Source: Bacteroidales bacterium (lineage in GTDB: Bacteria; Bacteroidota; Bacteroidia; Bacteroidales; M50B96). Taken from it: 64,000 bases of DNA. The position numbers were made by a program, and so were the translations under genes. How positions within the stretch are numbered: position 1 is the first letter of the stretch; every line of letters starts with the position of its first letter. Under the pieces are notes generated by a model. The model was not told the DNA's origin. It worked only from the letters and a program-made list of their open reading frames with translations, and made no database searches. Below are positions 38,854 through 48,252 of the stretch, piece by piece. The stretch is from assembly GCA_041584015.1 (NCBI GenBank), contig JBFHES010000001.1:2040-66039 (forward strand). The letters run 5' to 3'.

Positions 38854-40794
38854 ATGAATCGTAAACTTTTATTGTCCATTCTCGCAGTCTTCATCTCTGC
38901 TGGAATTTTTGCGCAGCACGAGCACTTTATTTGCAAAGACATGCATGCATTGGTTGAAATGGAGCAAAAGCACAATCAGGCTAAGATGAAATTCTTACCA
39001 AACCCGCTAACTCAAAACTATGATTTAAAATATCATAGATTGGAATGGATGGTTGATCCCGGTCAGTTGTACATAAGTGGAGTGATTACATCATACTTTG
39101 TTCCTTTGGTTAGTAATTTTAATCAAATGTATTTTGATTTATCCGGCAACCTTAACATTAACAATGTATGCTATGGCTCACAATCTCTTAACTACAGTCA
39201 GTTAAGCGGAGACATATTGGTGATTAACTTCCCAACATCTTTGATGCAGGGACAGCTCGACAGTTTAAAAATTGAGTATCAAGGTACACCATCAGGTAGT
39301 GGTTTTGGCTCATTTGCCAATGGCGATCATAATGGCACGCCAGTGTTATGGACCCTGTCAGAACCATATGGTGCCAAAGAATGGTGGCCGTGTAAACAAG
39401 ACCTCAATGATAAAATTGATTCAATTGATATTTTCATAACTACTCCTGAATTGTACAGAGCTGCATCTAATGGTGTTTTGATAAGTGAAACGCTCAATGG
39501 CACAGCCAAAACTTATCACTGGAAACACAGGTACCCGATACCCGCTTACTTAATAGCAATAGCGGTTACCGACTATGCCGTGTATTCAGACTTTGTACCG
39601 GTTCCAAATGCGAGCGCCATTGAAGTACTTAACTATGTTTACCCGGAAGACCTAACAAACGCGCAATCGCAAACATCGAATATAATTGAGATCATGCAAT
39701 TGTTCAATAACCTGTTTGGCATTTACCCATTTGCCGACGAGAAATACGGGCATGCTCAGTTTGGCTGGGGTGGCGGCATGGAACACCAGACCATGAGTTT
39801 TATGGGTGGTTTTTCATATGGATTGCAGGCACATGAGCTGGCACACCAATGGTTTGGTGATAAAGTAACTTGCGGTAGTTGGGAAGACATTTGGCTTAAC
39901 GAAGGCTTTGCTACCTACTTAACTGGAATTACCAATGAGTACCTGGGATCGGAGCAAGACTGGATGAACTGGAAAGAAGGACAAATCATGACTATTACCG
40001 ACCAACCAGGCGGTTCGGTTTGGGTGGATGACACCACAAGTGTTGGTAGAATTTTTAGCGGCAGACTAAGCTATGCCAAAGGCTCGATGTTGTTGCACAT
40101 GCTACGCTGGGTAATAGGCGATGATGACTTTTACATGGCTATCAACAATTATTTGAGCGATCCTAATTTAGCATTTTCATATGCGCATACTGAAAATCTA
40201 CAAGCGCACCTCGAAGCACAAAGCGGCATTAGTCTTACAGAGTTTTTTAACGATTGGTTTTATGGCGAGGGATATCCAAGTTATATGCTTTCATCGGTTG
40301 TAAATGGCAATACCATCGACATCAGTATCAACCAGATTTCATCGATGCCTAATTCGGTACCATTCTTTGAAATGCCATTACCTGTTTATGTTTCAGGCCA
40401 GGGTATGGATTCTGTATTACGACTTGATCATGTATTTACCGGACAGACCTTTAGCGTAAACCTTCCATTTGTAGTAGACTCTGTGGTTTTCGATCCTGAA
40501 CTTTGGATTTTATCTACTGCTAATAGTTCAGGATTATTGGTAGATGTTGAACATGTATTTAATGAAACATTTGTGGAGATTTACCCAAATCCGGCAAATG
40601 CCATTTTAAATATTCAGGCATCAACACAAATATCGCGAATAGAAGTATTGAGTGTAATTGGCGCAGTAATTAAAGAGAAGCAGGTTAAGGATAGAATAGT
40701 AAGTATTGAAATTGATGACCTTGTGCCAGGAACCTATTTCATTCGAATATATTCGAATGATGGCATTGAAACCAAACAGTTTATTAAACACTAG
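38854..40794 (+). CDS. M1-family zinc aminopeptidase with T9SS type A C-terminal sorting domain
   Basis: The signal peptide starts at ATG 38854 (MNRKLLLSILAVFISAGIFAQ). Exopeptidase motif GGGMEHQT, zinc motif HELAHQWFG plus WLNEGFATY. The C-terminal domain is IYPNPANAILNIQAS...GTYFIRIYS. Confidence 0.9.
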   Translation: MNRKLLLSILAVFISAGIFAQHEHFICKDMHALVEMEQKHNQAKMKFLPNPLTQNYDLKYHRLEWMVDPGQLYISGVITSYFVPLVSNFNQMYFDLSGNLNINNVCYGSQSLNYSQLSGDILVINFPTSLMQGQLDSLKIEYQGTPSGSGFGSFANGDHNGTPVLWTLSEPYGAKEWWPCKQDLNDKIDSIDIFITTPELYRAASNGVLISETLNGTAKTYHWKHRYPIPAYLIAIAVTDYAVYSDFVPVPNASAIEVLNYVYPEDLTNAQSQTSNIIEIMQLFNNLFGIYPFADEKYGHAQFGWGGGMEHQTMSFMGGFSYGLQAHELAHQWFGDKVTCGSWEDIWLNEGFATYLTGITNEYLGSEQDWMNWKEGQIMTITDQPGGSVWVDDTTSVGRIFSGRLSYAKGSMLLHMLRWVIGDDDFYMAINNYLSDPNLAFSYAHTENLQAHLEAQSGISLTEFFNDWFYGEGYPSYMLSSVVNGNTIDISINQISSMPNSVPFFEMPLPVYVSGQGMDSVLRLDHVFTGQTFSVNLPFVVDSVVFDPELWILSTANSSGLLVDVEHVFNETFVEIYPNPANAILNIQASTQISRIEVLSVIGAVIKEKQVKDRIVSIEIDDLVPGTYFIRIYSNDGIETKQFIKH

Positions 40795-40840
40795 GTTATC
40801 GCTAATCTTAAGCACTATTAATTACAATAATGAGAAACGA

Positions 40841-40879
40841 AAAAGAGCTGATAAGATTGAATCTATCAGCTCTTTTTTT
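40841..40879. terminator. Bidirectional rho-independent terminator
   Basis: Perfect 13-bp stem aaaagagctgata / tatcagctctttt with a T-run on the plus strand and an A-run before the stem. Confidence 0.8.
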
Positions 40880-40899
40880 ATACTATGAGCAGCTAAATG

Positions 40900-41421
40900 C
40901 TACCCTTTTGCAAAATAGATATTAAACAAATCATCAGCTTCCTTTACTACCCAATGCGCAAACTCAAGACTTGTTGCCTTATCAATTAAAGGAGCAGGTA
41001 AAAATGGAACTGTTAGCTTAAAAATAGACTTACCCTCCAACTGTTTTAAATCAGCTATAACCTGCGCAACCGGATGTTCACCTGCGGCTAGCATTTCACG
41101 TGCATCTAGTTCTTTGGCAATTAATGCTTTGTTGTACCAATCTGGCTTCTCTGTTGTATACATACTTTTATTTTCGTCAATAAATAATTCCTGACCAACC
41201 TCTTTACGAAGCTGGTTAATCAAATCTCCAACATCCACATTACCAATTGCAGCGGCCTGCTGGATAGTCGCAATTTTGGCTACGGTCTTTCTTAATACGG
41301 GATTCTTCAATTTTTTAAATGCCGGAACAATACCAATTAAAACATCTTCCAATGGCGGGTATGCTTCTATTAATTGAAGAATTTTAGTTTTCGGCGTGAT
41401 TATTAATTTCTCGTTCTCCAT
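40900..41421 (-). CDS. DUF1858 (ScdA_N-like) plus DUF2249-like two-domain protein
   Basis: The N-terminus ITPKTKILQLIEAYPPLEDVL...PVLRKTVAKIATIQQAA looks DUF1858-like. The C-terminus LDAREMLAAGEHPVAQVIADLKQLEG..IFKLTVPFLPAPLI looks DUF2249-like. Its start codon (ending at 41421) lies 2 nt below the upstream gene's stop codon (starting at 41424). Confidence 0.65.
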   Translation of the reverse strand: MENEKLIITPKTKILQLIEAYPPLEDVLIGIVPAFKKLKNPVLRKTVAKIATIQQAAAIGNVDVGDLINQLRKEVGQELFIDENKSMYTTEKPDWYNKALIAKELDAREMLAAGEHPVAQVIADLKQLEGKSIFKLTVPFLPAPLIDKATSLEFAHWVVKEADDLFNIYFAKG

Positions 41422-41423
41422 AG

Positions 41424-42656
41424 CTATTCCTTGTAAGATAAAATGCGTTGTTCTCCTTCCAATTCTCTATATACATTTACGTTGTGCGATACTTCAAGGG
41501 TTCCCATGTACTCTCCCTTTTCATTACGCAAAGCAAAGTATTCAATGTAAATCATCTTCCCACCCATATTAATCCAGAATGGCGCACGCGACTCTTTACC
41601 ACTTTTAAAATCCTCTACAATTTTCTCAACAATATGGGCGCTTGCAGGTGGGTGACACAGGCGTACATCTCTATTTAAGATGGCTCTGTTTCTTTGGAAA
41701 ATCCGTTCTGCTCCCTGGGAAAAATATTTCACTTTGTCATCCTTATCAACAAAAGTCATGTCTAGGGGAAGCGTGTTCATAATCGCCAGTAACTCCTCTA
41801 CAGAAAAGCCACCTGAAGGTAATTGAATTTGACCACCTACTTTTTGCGCATCATTAATCGATTCGTCTTTAGCCCATTCAGGTTTCCATTCAACCTGTGG
41901 ATCATACAAGCAATAGCCAATTTCCAGCGATTGCTTACTTATTTCGTACCAATCGGCATCGGTTAATTTATCAAGCGACATTGGAAACAAAATTTCCTCT
42001 TCCTTCGGAACCATTTCGTTTACACCTTGAATAGCCGGCATTAACACCAGTTCAGCAGACGCCACTAGTTCCTCAGCACTTATTCCATCCGTCAGTAAAA
42101 TCTCAATACTTCCTTTAATCAATTCACGAATCTCATCGTGCTTACCCCACATTACTTTGGGTGGTCCGGTTACACCTTGGGTCTCCAAATACGGAAACAA
42201 CAAATACTCCTTTCGCTGGTAATGTTTGTCAACGTCATAAAGACCATTGAATAATCCGCGCAACTTCATTACTCTTGGAGTTATGTCTTCGGTAGGATTT
42301 TCTTTCACCTCTGCCAGTAATTTAGCTATTTCGGCAGTCGATTTCTTTAGCTCTTCATTCTCCTTTCTCATCACATCCACCGGATGTCCATCAGGAACCG
42401 CTTTTGCACCTGAAAGGTCAACCTTTCCTTCCAGTACTTTGGAATGTGCATCGCATAAGCGCAACACTTCCTCCTCGGGCAATCCTTCACTAATCAACTC
42501 TTGCTCTACCTCAACCACCTCGCCGTAAGGAATATTACTCAAGCTTTCCATTAGCTGTTCCCTCACCTCTTCTTCAGAGTCGCCTTGATGTAGCTTAAGA
42601 ATCAGTCCTTTTAATGTTTTTTTCCGTTCGTCGGAATTATTAATAAGTTCACTCAT
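41424..42656 (-). CDS. DUF438 / hemerythrin-like / PAS three-domain sensor protein
   Basis: The start is set at ATG 42656 (MSELINNSDERKK). The hemerythrin HHE-type region is HYQRKEYLLFPYLE...MWGKHDEIRE. The C-terminal PAS-like domain is LPLDMTFVDKDDKVKYFSQG...R.VRLCHPP. Confidence 0.7.
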   Translation of the reverse strand: MSELINNSDERKKTLKGLILKLHQGDSEEEVREQLMESLSNIPYGEVVEVEQELISEGLPEEEVLRLCDAHSKVLEGKVDLSGAKAVPDGHPVDVMRKENEELKKSTAEIAKLLAEVKENPTEDITPRVMKLRGLFNGLYDVDKHYQRKEYLLFPYLETQGVTGPPKVMWGKHDEIRELIKGSIEILLTDGISAEELVASAELVLMPAIQGVNEMVPKEEEILFPMSLDKLTDADWYEISKQSLEIGYCLYDPQVEWKPEWAKDESINDAQKVGGQIQLPSGGFSVEELLAIMNTLPLDMTFVDKDDKVKYFSQGAERIFQRNRAILNRDVRLCHPPASAHIVEKIVEDFKSGKESRAPFWINMGGKMIYIEYFALRNEKGEYMGTLEVSHNVNVYRELEGEQRILSYKE

Positions 42657-42748
42657 GTTTATTGTTTTGTATAGTATAACAACAAACAAATTGGATTGAT
42701 GGTTCTCGAAAAGCCATTCTAACCGATTACTTATATTAATTGAGCTAT

Positions 42749-42814
42749 CCGCACAAACCCGACTTACTATTCTTGCCTTGATACAAGAAAGTAAGCAAAG
42801 AAAATCAAGACTGC
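42749..42814. repeat. Copy B of the diverged intergenic repeat (related to 35536-35653)
   Basis: ccgcacaaacccgactt...cttgatacaagaaagtaagcaaagaaaatcaagactgc aligns by eye with copy A. It contains the internal inverted repeat cttgat/atcaag. Confidence 0.45.
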
Positions 42815-43378
42815 TTTTAAAATCACTTCCTTATTTTTCTTAAGATTAAGTGCGGCCGAGTGATCTTCGTACAGAGTACGAAGCTTCTCGGTCATTCAAA
42901 ATCTTACTGTAAAACGAAAGCAATTTGAAAAGAGGCCAAATCTATTATCCTTGCGAAATACTCACTCAACTGCAAGGAGCCATTCCTGATACAGCAAAGC
43001 GGAGATCAGGAATCTCATGATTAGCAACGCAAGCAATTCCAGAACGTCTATTAAAATGTTTATGAAAAACCGCTTAAGGATGTGTTGCGGTTCGCTGAAC
43101 ATATCAGGCCAGAGACCTTATATCACAACGACATAGCGAGACGCTATGCCGAACAGGGCTTAATTAATAAAAAATTCACTGCACTACTTTGAGATAGACC
43201 GACAATAGAGATAAGTAAAAAACCAATTGTTAGAAGTTGTTTCATGTCGTTGAATAGTTTAATTCAAATATAGATTAATAATTTTTTCGTATCAATAAGT
43301 TCAAGAATTATTAATTTAATGATGGCGTTTATAACAACGGTATAATTTAGAGAATAACTCCCGCTAATCTTAGCTGCG

Positions 43379-45007
43379 CTATCTTAGAACTACAAATTTA
43401 CGTGCAAAATCCTGATTAGCTCCAATACCACGAATAATGTAATTTCCCGGTAATAGATCGGACACATTTAAAGATACCATCTTTCCATTAGCAGCTTGTT
43501 CCTTTACAAGTTGCCCTGTTATTGAATAAACGCTGATTTGTGAAATAGTAAAGGAACTTTCGATCTTTAGTTGCGAGCTGGCAGGATTTGGATAAATCAT
43601 CACCAATTCATCAACCTCTAATTCTACTTCCTCTATTCCAATATTCCCCAGATGAAATCGTCCTAAGAAACAGTCATCAATGGGGCAGATGCCTATTGAA
43701 TCACCTCTGGACTGTCCATATACTATTAGGTCATTTTCAATAAATGTAAAACTCTTTGACGAAAATTCTGATTCAATAACGCCGATCGTACTTTTATAGT
43801 TTCCAGCGGAATCTAACTGTAAAATCCCAGTGTTGTTTCCAGAATGATTGAATACAGTATCTGTATCTATTACAAGCATGTTCTGGCATGAAAGGGACAT
43901 AAAAATGTCGCCAGATGAATGCACCTGCAGCTCATATGCATATTGTTGACCATCTCCAGTGAATTGTTTTGCCCATATTACATCTCCATTTGCTTTGGTT
44001 TTCCACAGAAGAAAATCCTTCAAGTCAAATGCCATTAGCTCTCCATTAATGTGAAGCGTATCGTATTGTAGGTAATTGGTAAAATAGTGCTCTCCTTGTT
44101 GATTAATATCCATAAAATGTAACTCATTATCTACTAGAGGATAACCAGGGTAAGTTCTTATATCCTCAACCTGACCATTAGCTGAATTAATAGAAACAAA
44201 ATAGGTGCTCGGGTAATTTGGAGCATAAAGGGTATCACTTCCAAAAATACAATCGTCATTATCGACTCTACCAGTCACTTCAATTCGCTTACTAACTGGA
44301 TTGTATCTTACTCGTTCACCATCCCATCCAACACCATAAAATCTGCTTAACCAATTGAAGTTCCCTGCAGAATCAAATTTACATAGGAATGTCGGAGAAT
44401 TGTTTCCTGCCATAGTTAATGTTGTATCACCAATTACTATAGTTCCCAGAAAACTGCCACTAGCATAGATGCTCTCTTCTTCATCAGTACAAATAAATCC
44501 TACACGCGACATATTTTGTGTAACAGAAGCACTGTCCTTATGAAAACGCTGATGCCATAGTAATTCTCCTGAAGGGCTATATTTAGCAAGGATGGTTTCT
44601 GGTTTATTTGCAGTAAAGCCCGATTCTACGAAAGTATCACCAGCAAAACAATAAATGGGATGAAACATGTGGTTTGCATAGATATTTCCAGATGGACAAG
44701 CAAGCATGTCCTTAGTAGTTGCATAGCCATATAAAGCATCGTAACCATGACAATTGAACCAAGCCCATTCACCATTCCCAGCATACTGCACCATGTAAGA
44801 GCTCCAATCCTGCTCAAATGAAGTAAGCGGAGGATCGGTCCAATTTAACTCTGACTCATAAGGTCCATACAATAGAAAGCCATCATCTGCCTGTTCAGTT
44901 ACAAATGTGGCACTTGAAAAATGTTCTTTTACCCACAACCATTCTCCTTGCTGAGCCAATGAGCCATAAGTTGTAAAAACTAGAAATAGTATAATTAGGT
45001 GTTTCAT
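43379..45007 (-). CDS. Secreted protein of unknown function with T9SS type A C-terminal sorting domain
   Basis: ATG at 45007 (MKHLIILFLVFTTYGSLAQ). The body is beta-rich with repeats. The C-terminal domain is IYPNPASSQLKIESS...GNYIIRGIG...KFVVLR. Confidence 0.75.
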   Translation of the reverse strand: MKHLIILFLVFTTYGSLAQQGEWLWVKEHFSSATFVTEQADDGFLLYGPYESELNWTDPPLTSFEQDWSSYMVQYAGNGEWAWFNCHGYDALYGYATTKDMLACPSGNIYANHMFHPIYCFAGDTFVESGFTANKPETILAKYSPSGELLWHQRFHKDSASVTQNMSRVGFICTDEEESIYASGSFLGTIVIGDTTLTMAGNNSPTFLCKFDSAGNFNWLSRFYGVGWDGERVRYNPVSKRIEVTGRVDNDDCIFGSDTLYAPNYPSTYFVSINSANGQVEDIRTYPGYPLVDNELHFMDINQQGEHYFTNYLQYDTLHINGELMAFDLKDFLLWKTKANGDVIWAKQFTGDGQQYAYELQVHSSGDIFMSLSCQNMLVIDTDTVFNHSGNNTGILQLDSAGNYKSTIGVIESEFSSKSFTFIENDLIVYGQSRGDSIGICPIDDCFLGRFHLGNIGIEEVELEVDELVMIYPNPASSQLKIESSFTISQISVYSITGQLVKEQAANGKMVSLNVSDLLPGNYIIRGIGANQDFARKFVVLR

Positions 45008-45159
45008 ATGCAAAGATTCCAGATTAAAGCTATTTAGTTAATTTCAATAATAGAGAGCAACATTTTATTAACACCTGTAGACTTATACAAAAAGATTAAG
45101 CCTTTCTAAAAAAACATAGCTGTACTTCTCTCAATTAACGTTAGCAAAATCAAAAATAC

Positions 45160-45193
45160 AAAAAAAAGGGATGATCTTACGATCATCCCTTTG
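45160..45193 (-). terminator. Rho-independent terminator of the hydrogenase operon
   Basis: 10-bp stem agggatgatc / gatcatccct with loop ttac. An 8-A run on the plus strand gives a T-run after the hairpin on the minus strand. Confidence 0.8.
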
Positions 45194-45215
45194 TATATAA
45201 ATTGATTTGTTTCAA

Positions 45216-47003
45216 TTAATATCTGTTACGCTTTTGATAATGTGTGTGTAATAGTTCGTGTGCTTTGTGTCCGTTTGCATCGCCTAAATACTCTTCATAA
45301 AGCTTAGCAACCTCAGCATTCTCATGTGATTTACGTTTAGCTTTACCTTCGTCTTCTGAGTAAATAGCTGCGGTACGCTTAGCTCGAATTTCTGCATTTG
45401 TTGGAATTGGCTGGCCTCCGCCACCAATACATCCACCAGGACAAGCCATTACCTCAACAAAGTGGTAAGGTGAAGTTCCAGCAGCAATCTGATCCATAAT
45501 AATACGAGCGTTCTTTAATCCGTGAGCTACAGCTACATTCAATTCTGCACCTTCTAAGAATTTCCAAGCATCAACACAACCTTCAACTTTAATTGAAGCA
45601 GCCTTGATTCCTTCGGAACCACGAACCGGCATAATGTTTAAGTTCTCGAAAGGAACTTCGCGACCTGTTACTAATTCGTAAGCAGTACGTAAAGCAGCTT
45701 CCATAACACCACCTGTTGCACCGAAAATTACTCCGGCACCTGTTGATTCACCCATGATACTATCATAGTCAGAATCCTCAAGATGTACGAAGTCAATACC
45801 AGCTTGCTTAATCATATGACCTAACTCACGAGTAGTTAAACCAGCATCAACATCCTGGTATCCGCTATCGTTCATTTCAGGGCGATTCGCTTCGTACTTT
45901 TTAGCAGCACAAGGCATAATAGCTACAGAAATAACGTCTTTTGGATCGATACCTTTCTTATCAGCATAATATGTTTTTGCTAAGGCACCAAACATTTGCT
46001 GTGGCGACTTACAAGTTGATAAGTGACCAAGGTGCTCAGGATACATGTGCTCAATAAACTTAACCCAACCCGGAGAACATGAAGTCATCAATGGAAGTTT
46101 TACTTCAGGATTCTTGTCAACAAGAGCACCTTTTAAACGACCTAATAATTCTGTTCCTTCCTCAATAATTGTAAGGTCGGCAGTAAAGTCAGTATCAAGT
46201 ACTGAGTCCATACCCATTTTCTTCATCGCCGTTACCATTTTACCAGTAACACGTGTTCCAACCGGATATCCTAACATTTCGCCAAGAGCAACACGTACCG
46301 AAGGAGCTGTATTCATTACAACATGCTTCTTAGGATTATCCATAGCTTCCCATAGGTAATCTGTGTATCTTCTCTCTGTTAATGCACCAGTAGGACAGCG
46401 GTTAATGCACTGACCACAATTCGTACAAACAACTTCGTTTAACGGAAGATCCATGAACGTAGAAATTTTCATGTGATCACCTTTATTGGCAACTGTAAGA
46501 GCGTTTACATGCTGCAACTCAGAACAAGTTCTAACGCAACGCTGGCAACGAATACACTTACTATCATCTTTCTCAATTGACCAGGAAGATTTATCAATCT
46601 CGATATTTTCTTTAACTACGCTTTGGTAGATATTGTTGTCAACGTTGTATTCAGCAGCAACCGACTGTAATTCACAGTTCATACTACGGTAACAAGTTGT
46701 ACATTGTGTATTGTGTTCTGATACAAGCAGAGCAGCTACATCTCTTCTTGCCATACGAACTTTTGCAGTATTTGTCTTAACGATCATTCCTTCTGCTGCC
46801 GGAGCGGCACAAGAAGCAGTAAGAGCACGCTGACCTTCAACTTCAACAACACAAATTCTACAGTTACCTGCTACGCAAAGGTCTTCGTGATGACAAAGCG
46901 TTGGAATGTGTACGTTAACTTTTTTGGCAGCATCCAGAACTGAGGTTCCCTTTTCAACGGCAACCTGCATTCCATCTATTGTAAGGTTTATTTGATTTTT
47001 CAT
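45216..47003 (-). CDS. hydA: [FeFe]-hydrogenase catalytic subunit (HydA / HndD type)
   Basis: N-terminal [2Fe-2S] domain (CHHEDLCVAGNCRICVVEV), a His-ligated cluster (EHNTQCTTCYRSMNCELQ) and two ferredoxin motifs (CIRCQRCVRTC, CTNCGQCINRCPTGA). H-cluster motifs TSCSPGW, MPCAAKKYE and VEVMACPGGCIGGGGQP. The ATG is at 47003 (MKNQINLTIDG). Confidence 0.93.
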   Translation of the reverse strand: MKNQINLTIDGMQVAVEKGTSVLDAAKKVNVHIPTLCHHEDLCVAGNCRICVVEVEGQRALTASCAAPAAEGMIVKTNTAKVRMARRDVAALLVSEHNTQCTTCYRSMNCELQSVAAEYNVDNNIYQSVVKENIEIDKSSWSIEKDDSKCIRCQRCVRTCSELQHVNALTVANKGDHMKISTFMDLPLNEVVCTNCGQCINRCPTGALTERRYTDYLWEAMDNPKKHVVMNTAPSVRVALGEMLGYPVGTRVTGKMVTAMKKMGMDSVLDTDFTADLTIIEEGTELLGRLKGALVDKNPEVKLPLMTSCSPGWVKFIEHMYPEHLGHLSTCKSPQQMFGALAKTYYADKKGIDPKDVISVAIMPCAAKKYEANRPEMNDSGYQDVDAGLTTRELGHMIKQAGIDFVHLEDSDYDSIMGESTGAGVIFGATGGVMEAALRTAYELVTGREVPFENLNIMPVRGSEGIKAASIKVEGCVDAWKFLEGAELNVAVAHGLKNARIIMDQIAAGTSPYHFVEVMACPGGCIGGGGQPIPTNAEIRAKRTAAIYSEDEGKAKRKSHENAEVAKLYEEYLGDANGHKAHELLHTHYQKRNRY

Positions 47004-47032
47004 TTTTACCAATTTTAATTGTTACACACTTC

Positions 47033-48205
47033 TTAGTAAACCATCTCTTCTGTGAAGTTCTCAACTATTGAAGCAAATGAATTAGCAACTGATTGACCTA
47101 AACCACACTTTGAAGCAATCTTCATAGTGTCGGTTAATTTCATCAACTGTTTTAAATAAGTCTCAGGCTTCACATCATTTTTAATCGCTTCAACACCTTT
47201 CAGTAATTGCTGCGTTCCAACACGACATGGTGTACACTGACCACATGATTCTTCTACAAAGAAATCAAGGTAGTTATGTAATACATTATACATTGAGCGG
47301 CTGCTATTAAACAACATCATTGATCCACCGGTAGGCATTCCTTCGAAACCAATAATAGTTTGGTCGAATTTTTTGCGAGGTACACAGAATCCTGAAGCGC
47401 CACCAACCTGAACAGCTTTTGTATCGCCATCACCAAACTCTGCAACAAAGTCTGATAATTTCATACCTAGCTCAAGTTCAAAAACACCTGGTTTTGGCGT
47501 ATCACCAGACACAGAAAACAATTTAGAACCACGAGAATCCTGTGTTCCTAGCTTGTTATACTCTTCATGTCCGATACGGCAAATAAGCTGAGCATTTACA
47601 AAAGTCTCAACGTTGTTAACAACAGTTGGTTTGTTCATAAATCCTTCAACTACCGGGAATGGCGGCTTGTTACGAGGCTCACCTCTTTTACCTTCCATTG
47701 ATTCAATCAATGCAGTTTCTTCACCACATACATAAGCACCACTACCAAGTCTTATTTCAATTTTAAAATCTAAACCAAACTTCTCAGTGTACTCATGAAA
47801 AATCTCTAATTCTTTGTTTAGCTCGGTAAGCATAAACTTGTATTCTCCTCTTAGGTAGATATACCCGATGGTTGCACCAATTGCATAACCACAAATGGCC
47901 ATTCCTGAGAATACTTTGCGAGGTACCTTTAAAAGAATCTCACGATCTTTAAAAGTTCCTGGCTCACCTTCATCAGCATTACAAATTACGTATTTCTGAT
48001 CTGCTTTCTGACCGGCACCAAATTTCCACTTTAATCCGGTTGGGAAACCAGCACCACCTCTACCGCGCACACCAGACTCAATAATCTCCTGGATTATCTC
48101 TTCTGGTTTGCTCTTTAAGGCTTTTTCTAACACTTTATATTTTACCGATGTATATCCTCCGAAGATAACATCAGCTCTGTTTACACCATTATTTAAATTA
48201 CTCAT
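47033..48205 (-). CDS. hydB: NuoF-like flavoprotein subunit of the hydrogenase (HydB / HndC core only)
   Basis: FMN site GRGGAGFPTGLKW, NAD(P)H site NADEGEPGTFKDR, and the N3-type [4Fe-4S] motif ESCGQCTPCRVG plus KCGLGQS. It is only 390 aa, with no extra ferredoxin or thioredoxin-like domains. Confidence 0.9.
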   Translation of the reverse strand: MSNLNNGVNRADVIFGGYTSVKYKVLEKALKSKPEEIIQEIIESGVRGRGGAGFPTGLKWKFGAGQKADQKYVICNADEGEPGTFKDREILLKVPRKVFSGMAICGYAIGATIGYIYLRGEYKFMLTELNKELEIFHEYTEKFGLDFKIEIRLGSGAYVCGEETALIESMEGKRGEPRNKPPFPVVEGFMNKPTVVNNVETFVNAQLICRIGHEEYNKLGTQDSRGSKLFSVSGDTPKPGVFELELGMKLSDFVAEFGDGDTKAVQVGGASGFCVPRKKFDQTIIGFEGMPTGGSMMLFNSSRSMYNVLHNYLDFFVEESCGQCTPCRVGTQQLLKGVEAIKNDVKPETYLKQLMKLTDTMKIASKCGLGQSVANSFASIVENFTEEMVY

Positions 48206-48252
48206 TTTCTGTTCTTTTTAGGTTACTAATTCTTTTTAAAGAACTACCGCTG

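Noticed and set aside
43144-43245. 33-aa minus-strand mini-ORF MKQLLTIGFLLISIVGLSQSSAVNFLLIKPCSA (signal-peptide-like)
   Set aside because: It looks like an isolated signal peptide followed by an early stop. It could be the relic of a decayed secreted-protein gene, but I have no evidence that it is a functional gene. Its 3' end overlaps one of the stem-loops.
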